Positions 45,769 to 54,108 of a DNA stretch of 64,000 nt are shown piece after piece (position 1 is the first letter of the stretch; each line of letters starts with the position of its first letter). The stretch lies in the NCBI GenBank assembly GCA_965369625.1, contig CBDUQW010000003.1, forward strand, positions 9,883-73,882, written 5' to 3'. Source of the stretch: an uncultured Thermoplasmata archaeon (GTDB lineage Archaea > Thermoplasmatota > DTKX01 > GCA-020343715). The notes beneath the pieces are model-generated. The model searched no databases. It saw only the letters and a program-made list of their open reading frames with translations, and was not told the origin of the DNA. The translations under genes and the position numbers were made by a program.

Positions 45769-46278
45769 ATGACTGCTGATAATGTCCCGGACACCGCGTG
45801 GAAGGCCACGCTACTCGACGATGTGGGCGAGACGCTCAACCTGTGCTTCCAGTGTGGAACATGCACGAGCAGTTGTCCCTCGGGGAGGATGACGGCCTTC
45901 AGGACCCGTCAGATACTCCGCAAGGCCCAGTTCGGCCTCCCGGAGCTTATCCTTCCCTCGGACGACCTCTGGTACTGCACAACGTGCTACACGTGCTACG
46001 AACGTTGCCCGCGGGGCGTCGAGATCGTGGATATAATCACCGCTCTCCGGAACATGGCCGTTAGGGCCGGGTTCATGTCGGAGAACCACAAGGACCTGGT
46101 CAAGACCCTCTACGAGACGGGTCACCTCATCCCGACCTCCGACAAGATCATGGCCCTCAGGAAGGGCCTGGGCCTGGACGAGGTGCCCAACACCGTGCTC
46201 AAGGACGAGGAGGCCCTCAAGCAGGTCCAGTACATCATGGAGCAGACACGGCTCCTCATGATAATCAAGGGGGACTGA
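45769..46278 (+). CDS. hdrC: Heterodisulfide reductase subunit C
   Basis: It has CFQCGTCTSSCPSG and CTTCYTCYERCPRGV. I prefer ATG 45769 over the track start at 45751. Confidence 0.9.
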   Translation: MTADNVPDTAWKATLLDDVGETLNLCFQCGTCTSSCPSGRMTAFRTRQILRKAQFGLPELILPSDDLWYCTTCYTCYERCPRGVEIVDIITALRNMAVRAGFMSENHKDLVKTLYETGHLIPTSDKIMALRKGLGLDEVPNTVLKDEEALKQVQYIMEQTRLLMIIKGD

Positions 46279-46282
46279 TAAC

Positions 46283-47140
46283 ATGGACATCGCCTTCTTC
46301 TTAGGATGTATCGCACCCCTTCGGTACCCTGGCATCGAGTCAGCGACCCGGGAGGTCCTCGACAGGCTGGGGGTCTCCATACGTGACCTGGACGGGGCAT
46401 CCTGCTGCCCGGCCCCCGGTGTGACGCGCAGTTTCGATGTCAAGACCTGGGTCACCATGGCAGCCCGCAACATCGCCCTCGCCGAGCGCCAGGGCTTGAA
46501 TATCCTGACCGTCTGCAACGGCTGCTTCGGTTCCCTGTTCGAGGCGGCATACCGGCTGGGGGAGGAACCCGATCTCCTCAGGGAGGTCAACGGCATACTG
46601 GAGGGGCTCAACATGACGGTGACGCCCCACGGCGTCGAGGTCAGGCACTTCGCGGAGTTCCTGGCAAAGGACGTGAACGAGAACACGATCAAGAAGTCGT
46701 TCAAGCGCAAGCTCGACCTGGATGTGGCCGTGCACTACGGCTGCCACTTCCTGAAACCCTCCAAGATAAAGCAGCTCGACGACCCCGAGAGGCCGACCAT
46801 GGTGGACAAGCTGGTGAGGCTCACCGGCGCCCGCAGCCTGGAGTACAGGGAGAAGCAGATGTGCTGCGGGGCCGGCGGCGGCGTGCGCGCGCGCCACCCG
46901 GACACCGCACTGGCCATGACCAAGGACAAGGTGGATATAATCAAGGAGGCGGGAGCCGACTGCATCGTCGACGTGTGCCCCTTCTGCCACCTCCAGTACG
47001 ACAAGGGCCAGAAGGCCCTGGGCAAGGAGTACGACATCCCCGTCCTCCACCTGGCGCAGCTGTACGGCCTGGCGATGGACATCGACCCGAAGCTCCTGGG
47101 CTTCGAGGCCCACGCGGTGCCGGTGAACCTGGAAATCTGA
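46283..47140 (+). CDS. hdrB: Heterodisulfide reductase subunit B
   Basis: It has FFLGCIAPLRYPGIE, SCCPAPG, VCNGC, MCCGAGGG and VCPFCHLQY. Confidence 0.92.
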   Translation: MDIAFFLGCIAPLRYPGIESATREVLDRLGVSIRDLDGASCCPAPGVTRSFDVKTWVTMAARNIALAERQGLNILTVCNGCFGSLFEAAYRLGEEPDLLREVNGILEGLNMTVTPHGVEVRHFAEFLAKDVNENTIKKSFKRKLDLDVAVHYGCHFLKPSKIKQLDDPERPTMVDKLVRLTGARSLEYREKQMCCGAGGGVRARHPDTALAMTKDKVDIIKEAGADCIVDVCPFCHLQYDKGQKALGKEYDIPVLHLAQLYGLAMDIDPKLLGFEAHAVPVNLEI

Positions 47141-47276
47141 GCAGAGCCATGGCGCCACCGACCCGACCCCTCGCATCGGTCCGGATAAGCTCACCGTGGC
47201 CGGAGTAGACCAGCAGCTTCATGGGAGGAAGGTCCTGACCCCCCCGAAGGCCCTCCCCACGAAAGGCCTCGTCCAT

Positions 47277-48353
47277 CTAGAGATATGATGGATCGGTGGC
47301 GGATTCTGATGGGATCCTTCCGTAGAGGACCTCCTTTCGATCCCTTATGATGCTCATGGGTATCTTCGTGAAATCGATGGGGGTGCTCATCTTGGGGGAG
47401 AGGTAGATCTTCTTCATCCCGCCCAGGGCGCCCGGGAACCGCTCATCGTATATCTCCTCCCATTTGAAGTGCTCTTCCACACTGAAGAAGACACCGAAGA
47501 GCAGTACATTGTACCGCTTGACGCTCGCCTCAAGGGCGAGGGGGATGTGGGGGTCAGCTCTTATCGCCCGGATCAGATCCTTGTACCCCTTCTTGATCTC
47601 GAGAAGATAGTAGACAAGGATCTGACCAGGTGCCACGAACAGGTTGGGGAACCTGCACATGGGTTTCCCGATGATACCCGCCACGAGCATGGCGGAGATG
47701 CGGCGTTCAATGGTCTTCCTGTGAACATTGAGATCCTTCGCGAGCGTGGTCTCATTTGTCCTTATCCCCTCCCCCTGCACGAGCTTTTTCAGGATCTCGA
47801 AGCAGACATCGCACATCTTGTACCCGTTGATCTGGATCTCCTCGCCCTTCTTGTACTTGTCTTCGATGACCCGGATCGCGGCATTGGGCTTGTACTTGAT
47901 GAAGTGCCTCACATCGAAGAAAAGTGAGTCCGGGGGGATCCTGTTCTCCCGCGAGGGTATCTTCTTATCGTCCACGATCTTCTTCCTCCACACCCCGTAT
48001 GAATGCAGGTCCTTGTGGTACTCTATCAACAGCGTGTTGAATTCCTCGTCCCTGACGAAGTAGGCCGACATGATGTGCTCGTCCTCCATGAGGAAACGGT
48101 TGATCTCCTCGTTCTTCGGCAGATCGGCCCTGGATACTACGAGCAGCGGGTACTCTTGGTACATCCACGGGAAGGGGTATATGGGCTCGTTCAACACGCC
48201 GCCCTCTAAGAGATTGTTGACATGGGACTTTATGGTGTTCCTGTGCTTCTTGAGGGAGGTTGCGAGGGCGCTTATGTTCAACTCGACCCCGGTCCCATGG
48301 CATATTCGCTCGAGGATTTCCAGGTTGAGGAGATTTTTCAGCAATTCTGTCAT
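47277..48353 (-). CDS. Transcriptional regulator made of two tandem wHTH plus Lrp/AsnC-RAM-like units
   Basis: Two HTH segments are present (ISALATSLKKHRNTIKSHVNNLLEGGVL and ETTLAKDLNVHRKTIERRISAMLVAGII). Each is followed by an alpha/beta segment of about 100 aa. GC is visibly lower (about 50% in spot counts) than in the neighbours. Confidence 0.65.
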   Translation of the reverse strand: MTELLKNLLNLEILERICHGTGVELNISALATSLKKHRNTIKSHVNNLLEGGVLNEPIYPFPWMYQEYPLLVVSRADLPKNEEINRFLMEDEHIMSAYFVRDEEFNTLLIEYHKDLHSYGVWRKKIVDDKKIPSRENRIPPDSLFFDVRHFIKYKPNAAIRVIEDKYKKGEEIQINGYKMCDVCFEILKKLVQGEGIRTNETTLAKDLNVHRKTIERRISAMLVAGIIGKPMCRFPNLFVAPGQILVYYLLEIKKGYKDLIRAIRADPHIPLALEASVKRYNVLLFGVFFSVEEHFKWEEIYDERFPGALGGMKKIYLSPKMSTPIDFTKIPMSIIRDRKEVLYGRIPSESATDPSYL

Positions 48354-48621
48354 ATCATGACCATTGAATTAGCAATTGAAATATTTTTTCATGTGAATAT
48401 TGGATGAAATGCTATTTTTCCCCCTTTCTTATTCAATAGTGATTGCATTAAGATTTCGAGTGTTGTATTGAAGTGATATTTTTTTAATAGCATATTGGAC
48501 ATAAATGATATAATATGTCCATCAGAATATACATTCATTTGAAATATCATCGTGTTGCTATGATGTCGTGCTCAATCTCTGCGGAAGAATACCACCGATG
48601 TAAGAATGGACCACCTCTCGG
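48354..48621. promoter_or_regulatory. AT-rich divergent control region between the regulator and the D4-X/L4 operon
   Basis: One 60-nt spot count gave about 27% GC. There are several TATA-like runs (AAATATTTTTT, TTTTTTTAATAG, TTTGAAATAT). Confidence 0.5.
48496..48521. promoter_or_regulatory. Perfect 7-bp inverted repeat TGGACAT-N12-ATGTCCA (candidate operator)
   Basis: Read directly from the sequence: TGGACATAAATGATATAATATGTCCA. The spacer is itself TATA-like. Confidence 0.4.
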
Positions 48622-49449
48622 GTGATGACTGTGATGAAAACAGAAACGAAGACCTCTGTCGCGGGGAGGCCGTGGGAACCCAGCATCCTGATGCTCTGCT
48701 GTAAGAGGGCCGCTGCCGCGGATGCTCGTCTGGCAAGGATCTCCCGTATCCAGATGATCATGGACCCCAGGATCCTGCACCTCCCTTGCTCCGGTAATAT
48801 GGACCCAGCGTTGTGTGTACAGTTGCTCAGGGAAGGAATGGACGGTGTACTGGTGCTCGGGTGCCATCCCGGTGACTGCTGCAATTCCAACGGAAACCAC
48901 TTCGCTGAGATGAAGATGTCCTGGACCCGGCTGATCCTCAAGAAGACCGAGCTGGATGATGAGCGGCTCCGCATCGATTGGATGTCGGCCTCCGAGGACC
49001 AGCTCTTCACAGGTATCGTCTCGGACTTCATGGATAGGTTGCGGGCGTTTGGCCCCAACCCCGTCAATGACCCCGACAGGGTACAGATGCGCGAGCAGCT
49101 GGAAGCGGCGATCCTAACGTTGAACGACCTCCGCATCCGTGCCCTCATGGACAAGGTCCGCACGTTAGAGGACCAGGGGAACGTCTACGGTGAGGCCGTT
49201 GACCGGGAAGAGCTCAACGCGGCGGTGGTGTCTGCTTTGGAGTCCGAGTACCTGAGAAAGTCCGTCCTGGTCATGCTCAAGGGCAACGACATGACCGTCC
49301 CGCAGCTTGCGCGGAGGCTGAGCCTCAGCCCCGAGACCATCATGACACAGGTGGTCCGACTGAGGCAGAGGAACCTACTGGACATCTCGAGGATCGATGG
49401 TCTTGATCCATCCTACAAGATATCTGGAGGTGTAATCGATGACCGCTAA
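48622..49449 (+). CDS. MvhD-like domain with a degenerate cysteine motif, fused to the X extension (D4-X)
   Basis: It is a clear paralogue of D1-X (CVQLLREGMDGVLVLGCHPGDC; VPQLARRLSLSPETIMTQVVRLRQRNLL). However, CNWCSYAGADLAG is replaced by CKRAAAADARLAR and DCHY by DCCN. Confidence 0.8.
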   Translation: MMTVMKTETKTSVAGRPWEPSILMLCCKRAAAADARLARISRIQMIMDPRILHLPCSGNMDPALCVQLLREGMDGVLVLGCHPGDCCNSNGNHFAEMKMSWTRLILKKTELDDERLRIDWMSASEDQLFTGIVSDFMDRLRAFGPNPVNDPDRVQMREQLEAAILTLNDLRIRALMDKVRTLEDQGNVYGEAVDREELNAAVVSALESEYLRKSVLVMLKGNDMTVPQLARRLSLSPETIMTQVVRLRQRNLLDISRIDGLDPSYKISGGVIDDR

Positions 49450-52400
49450 GGGGAAAACCGGTGCCGTCCTCGTCGTGGGGGGAGGCATATCAGGGATGCA
49501 ATCGGCCCTCGACCTAGGTGATGCAGGCTTCAGGGTCTACTTGGTGGAGCGGAAGCCGACGATAGGCGGCGCCATGGCCCAACTTGACAAGACCTTCCCG
49601 ACCAACGACTGCTCGATGTGCATCATGGCACCCAAGCTGGTCGCGGTCGACAAGCACCCGAACATCGAGATAATCTCGAACGCAGAGGTCGAGAAGGTGA
49701 CTGGAAGGCCCGGTCGATTCCTGGTCTCGCTGATCAAACACCCCCGTTACGTGGACGAGGATAAGTGCACAGGCTGTGGGCAATGCAGCATGAAGTGCCC
49801 AGTCGAGGCCATCGACATGTACAACGAGGGCCTCATGACCCGCGCCGCCATCTACGTCGACTACCCGCAAGCAGTGCCCCTCAAGTTCCGCATCGACAAG
49901 GAGCGCTGCATAGGATGCGGCATATGCGAGGGCGAGTGCCTGGCGAATGCCATCGACTTCAACCAGAAAGAGGAGCTGATGAAGGTCAGGGTGGGCTCCA
50001 TCATCCTGTCCCCGGGTTTCGACGAGTTCGACCCCACCGCCCTGAGGGAGTACGGCTACGGGCAGTACCCGAACGTCGTTTCCTCCATCGAGTTCGAGCG
50101 CATGCTGTCGGCATCCGGACCCTTCCGCGGCGTTGTCATGAGACCCTCCGACGGGAAGGTCCCCGAGAAGGTGGCCTTCATCCAGTGCGTGGGGTCGCGG
50201 GACGAGCACATCGGCCACAACTACTGCTCGTCGGTGTGCTGCATGCACGCCATCAAGGAGGCGATGATCGCCCAGGAACACACCGAGGGCCTGTCCTCCC
50301 ACATATTCTTCATGGACATCAGGGCCTTCGGCAAGGAGTTCGACGACTACGTCACCCGGGCCCGCGACGAGTTCGGAATCGGCATCACCCGGGGCAACCG
50401 TGTGGCCGACATCACCCAGAATCCCAAGACCAAGGACCTGCGGGTGCGTTACATCGAGGGTGGCGACATCAAGTACGAGAGGTTCAACCTCGTCGTGCTG
50501 TCCGTGGGCCTCCATGCCCCCAGGACGGCGAAGGACCTGTCGGCAGCCTTCGGTATCGATCTCAACCGGTACAACTTCGCGGAAACCAGGACCTTCTCTC
50601 CCCTGGAGACCAACGTCCCGGGCATCTTCGTCTCGGGCGCCTTCTCGGGTCCCAAGGACATCCCCACCACGGTGGCCGAGGCCTCCGGGGCGGCCGCGAA
50701 GGCCGCCGCGGACATCCACGAGGCCCGCAACACCCTCCTCACCGAGGTCCAGCTCCCTCCCGAGCGTGACGTCATGGGGGAGGAGCCGAGGATCGGCGTG
50801 TTCGTCTGTCACTGCGGCATCAACATCGGGGGCGTGGTGGATGTGCCGGATGTGGTGGAGTACGCGAAGAGCCTCCCGGGGGTGGTGTACGCGGAGCACA
50901 ACCTCTACACCTGTTCCGCGGACACCCAGGAGCGCATCAAGGAGAGGATAGTGAAGCTCGACCTCAACCGGGTGGTGGTGGCATCGTGCACGCCCCGTAC
51001 CCACGAGCCGCTGTTCAGGAGCACCGTCCGGGAGGCGGGGCTCAATCCCTACCTCTTCGAGATGGCCAACATCCGGGACCAGTGCTCCTGGGTCCACATG
51101 CACGAGCACGAGGCCGCCTCGTTGAAGGCCAAGGACCTGGTGAGGATGGCGGTATCCAGGGCTTGCTTGCTCGAGCCGCTCCAAAGGGCTGTCATCCCCG
51201 TCACCCAGAGGGCCCTTGTCATCGGGGGCGGCGTGTCTGGCATGACCGCGGCCCTCGACATCGCGGACCAGGGCTTCACCACGTACCTCGTTGAACGTGA
51301 GAAGAAACTTGGAGGCATTGCGAGGCACCTTCATACGACCCTCCAGGGCGACGATGTCCAGACCGAGCTGGAGCGTATGATCTCCAAGGTCTGGGCACAC
51401 CCGAACATTCAGGTCATCATCGGTTCAGAGATCGAAGACGTCAAGGGGAGCGTCGGCAACTTCAGTACCAAGCTGAGAGGGAATGAGGAGACGCTGGAGC
51501 ATGGCGTCATCCTGGTCACCACTGGCGGCATGGAGTACAAGCCTGAAGAGCACCTCTACGGGAAGGACGACCGCGTCGTCACCCAGCTGGAGTTCGAGGA
51601 GGAGCTGGTCAATGCCGATCCCGAAGACCTCCCCTCGACCGCCGTCTTCATCCAGTGCGTGGGGTGCAGGAACGAGGAACGGTCCTACTGCAGCCGCGTA
51701 TGCTGCGGCACCTCGGTGAAGCAGGCGCTGTTGCTCAAGAAGGAACGCCCGGACGCCCAGGTGTTCGTGCTGTACCGCGACCTCCGGACCTATGCATTCA
51801 AGGAGGACGCCTACAAGGAGGCCGCGGAGGCGGGCGTGGTCTTCATCCGCTTCGACGAAGACAGGGAACCCAAGGTCTCGAAGGACAAATCGAAGGATGG
51901 CCCCCTCGAGGTCATGGTCTACGAGGAGCTGCTGGAGGAGAATCTCCGTATCGAGGCGGACCGCCTGATCCTCGCAGCCGCCATCCTCCCGCCGGAGGAT
52001 AACGAGCGGTTGGCCCAGCTGCTCAAGCTCCCCCTCTCCAAGGACGGGTTCTTCCTCGAGGCCCACATGAAGCTGCGCCCCCTGGACTTCGCCACCGACG
52101 GGGTCTTCCTCGCCGGCCTCGCCCACTCGCCGAAGTACCTGGACGAGTGCATCGCCCAGGCCTCCGGTGCTGCGGCCAGAGCGCTGTGCATCCTCTCAAG
52201 GCCAACCTTCGAGGCAGAGGGGATCGTGGCCTCGGTGGAGACCGCTCTGTGCAGGGGCTGTGGTCGCTGTCGCGAGGCCTGCGTGTACGGCGCCATCGAC
52301 ATCGAGGAGGTGGAGCCGGAGGTGTTCATATCGCGGGTCAACGAGGCGCTGTGCAAGGGCTGCGGGACCTGTGCGGTCACATGTCCGAGCAAGGCGATCA

Positions 52401-52468
52401 GGATGAGCCACTTCACAGAGGACCAGATCCTGGCGACGATGAGATCATTACTGCTGGAGGCCATCTGA
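49439..52468 (+). CDS. Long two-module HdrA-like flavoprotein L4 (1009 aa), the closest paralogue of L2
   Basis: It has the same motif set as the other long copies. Long stretches are near-identical to L2, including the perfect 362-bp block. The C-terminal ferredoxin is divergent (CRGCGRCREACV, CKGCGTCAVTCP). Confidence 0.88.
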   Translation: MTAKGKTGAVLVVGGGISGMQSALDLGDAGFRVYLVERKPTIGGAMAQLDKTFPTNDCSMCIMAPKLVAVDKHPNIEIISNAEVEKVTGRPGRFLVSLIKHPRYVDEDKCTGCGQCSMKCPVEAIDMYNEGLMTRAAIYVDYPQAVPLKFRIDKERCIGCGICEGECLANAIDFNQKEELMKVRVGSIILSPGFDEFDPTALREYGYGQYPNVVSSIEFERMLSASGPFRGVVMRPSDGKVPEKVAFIQCVGSRDEHIGHNYCSSVCCMHAIKEAMIAQEHTEGLSSHIFFMDIRAFGKEFDDYVTRARDEFGIGITRGNRVADITQNPKTKDLRVRYIEGGDIKYERFNLVVLSVGLHAPRTAKDLSAAFGIDLNRYNFAETRTFSPLETNVPGIFVSGAFSGPKDIPTTVAEASGAAAKAAADIHEARNTLLTEVQLPPERDVMGEEPRIGVFVCHCGINIGGVVDVPDVVEYAKSLPGVVYAEHNLYTCSADTQERIKERIVKLDLNRVVVASCTPRTHEPLFRSTVREAGLNPYLFEMANIRDQCSWVHMHEHEAASLKAKDLVRMAVSRACLLEPLQRAVIPVTQRALVIGGGVSGMTAALDIADQGFTTYLVEREKKLGGIARHLHTTLQGDDVQTELERMISKVWAHPNIQVIIGSEIEDVKGSVGNFSTKLRGNEETLEHGVILVTTGGMEYKPEEHLYGKDDRVVTQLEFEEELVNADPEDLPSTAVFIQCVGCRNEERSYCSRVCCGTSVKQALLLKKERPDAQVFVLYRDLRTYAFKEDAYKEAAEAGVVFIRFDEDREPKVSKDKSKDGPLEVMVYEELLEENLRIEADRLILAAAILPPEDNERLAQLLKLPLSKDGFFLEAHMKLRPLDFATDGVFLAGLAHSPKYLDECIAQASGAAARALCILSRPTFEAEGIVASVETALCRGCGRCREACVYGAIDIEEVEPEVFISRVNEALCKGCGTCAVTCPSKAIRMSHFTEDQILATMRSLLLEAI
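50153..50514 (+). repeat. 362-bp block 100% identical to 36248-36609
   Basis: Base-by-base comparison; see the partner feature at 36248-36609. Confidence 0.9.
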
Positions 52469-54108
52469 TGTCCGCGTTTGAACCTGAGAGCCTGGCCCTG
52501 TGCTGCAACTGGTGCGGCTATGCGGGGGCGGACCTCGCCGGGGTCAGCAGGATCCAATACCCGCCCAACATCAGGATCATGAGGATCATGTGCTCGGGAA
52601 GGGTGGAGATCAACCACCTGTTGACAGCGCTCATGTTCGGGGCGGACGGCGTCATGGTGGTGTGCTGCCACCCCGGGGACTGCCACTACGTCTCTGGCAA
52701 CGAGAGGGCGGAGAAGAACTTCGAAACGACCAAGGAGCTGCTCCGATACCTTGACATGGAGGACCGGGTCCGAATGGAGCCCATCTCGGCTGCCGAGGGG
52801 ACCAAGTTCGGCAAGGTGGTCTCCGAGTTCACCGAGGACCTGAGGAAGCTGGGCCCCAACCCCATGAAGAAGGTCCGACACCGCTTCTCTCCGGACCGAA
52901 AAGGCATCACCCAAGAGGAGTTCCAAGGGAACATGGCAGATATTGTGGAAATCACGGGGGTGTACGACTGCCTTGAATGCGGCAAGTGCGCCGCAAGCTG
53001 CCCCAACACCAGGATGGACCACAATTACTCCCCGATGCTCACGGTCGAAAGGGTCCATAGGGGGCTGATCGACGAGATAGCTGAGGACCCGGGCATCTGG
53101 ACCTGCATGACATGCGGGACCTGCAGTTACCGCTGTCCCTCCGGTGTTGACTACACGGGTTTCATAAGACGCGTGAGGGCGCTCAAGGTGGGGACCGGGG
53201 GAAGGTGCTCCCACGGGGGCGTCTTCACCACGCTGGCGAAACTGATGTCGAACCCCGAGGTCATCCAGAAGGACCGGCTCCGATGGGTGTCGGACGACCT
53301 CTCGGTCTCGAAGAAGGGCGACCTGGTGTACTTCACAGGCTGCCTGCCCTACTTCGACCCCATCTTCAGGGACATCAACGTCCATTGCACCGAGATCGCG
53401 AGGAGCACGGTGCGAATACTGAACAAGGCGGGCATCACGCCCGCTGTCATGGAGGACGAGCGGTGCTGCGGCCATGACCTCCTCTGGAGCGGGGAGGACG
53501 AGGGCATGGTCCAGGACCTGGCACGGATCAATCTCGGGGCCCTGAAGGAAGCCGGTGCCAAGAGGGTGGTCATGAGCTGTCCAGAATGCTACAGGACCTT
53601 CGTGAAGGACTATCCCGAGTACGCAAGCGGGAGCGCCATGGACTTCGAGGTGCTGCACACCTCCGAGCTATTCGCGGAGCTGATCGAGGAGGGGAAGCTG
53701 GAGTTCGACGGCAAGGCCGGGGACATCGTGCCTATCACCTACCAGGACCCGTGCAGGCTGGGGCGCCATCTGGGTGTGTTCGACCAGCCACGGACCGTCC
53801 TGGAGAGCCTCCCCGGCGTTGAGCTCCGTGAGATGGAGGAAAGCCGCGGAAACGCGATCTGCTGCGGGACCTCGGCATGGATGAACTGCGGCACCTTCTC
53901 GAAGCGCGTACAGATGGATCGGTTACGGGAGGCGGCCGCGACGGACGCAGGGACCCTTGTCACCGCATGTCCCAAGTGCATGATCCACTTCAACTGCACA
54001 CTCTACGAGCCCGCCGACCCGGACCTGCCGACCAAGCCGGACATCACGGTCAGGGACCTCTCAACGTTCATGGCCGAGGCGATGGGCCTCAAGGGGGAAT
54101 CCGGATGA
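52468..54108 (+). CDS. Triple fusion of MvhD domain, HdrC-like 2x[4Fe-4S] domain and HdrB-like double CCG domain (MvhD-HdrD-like, D5)
   Basis: A TGATG overlap joins it to L4. The MvhD part has CCNWCGYAGADLAG, IMCSGRVE and CCHPGDCHY. The ferredoxin part has CLECGKCAASCP and CMTCGTCSYRCP. CCG domain 1 has FTGCLPYF..ERCCGHD..MSCPECY and CCG domain 2 has QDPCRLG..AICCGTS..TACPKCM. The track ORF start at 52147 is a run-on. Confidence 0.85.
   Translation: MSAFEPESLALCCNWCGYAGADLAGVSRIQYPPNIRIMRIMCSGRVEINHLLTALMFGADGVMVVCCHPGDCHYVSGNERAEKNFETTKELLRYLDMEDRVRMEPISAAEGTKFGKVVSEFTEDLRKLGPNPMKKVRHRFSPDRKGITQEEFQGNMADIVEITGVYDCLECGKCAASCPNTRMDHNYSPMLTVERVHRGLIDEIAEDPGIWTCMTCGTCSYRCPSGVDYTGFIRRVRALKVGTGGRCSHGGVFTTLAKLMSNPEVIQKDRLRWVSDDLSVSKKGDLVYFTGCLPYFDPIFRDINVHCTEIARSTVRILNKAGITPAVMEDERCCGHDLLWSGEDEGMVQDLARINLGALKEAGAKRVVMSCPECYRTFVKDYPEYASGSAMDFEVLHTSELFAELIEEGKLEFDGKAGDIVPITYQDPCRLGRHLGVFDQPRTVLESLPGVELREMEESRGNAICCGTSAWMNCGTFSKRVQMDRLREAAATDAGTLVTACPKCMIHFNCTLYEPADPDLPTKPDITVRDLSTFMAEAMGLKGESG

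Noticed and set aside
46941-47276. A 111-aa minus-strand ORF that spans the hdrB 3' end and the convergent spacer.
   Set aside because: It is mostly antisense to hdrB and has Pro/Gly/Arg-rich low-complexity translation. The short unique part (47141-47276) has no recognisable feature.
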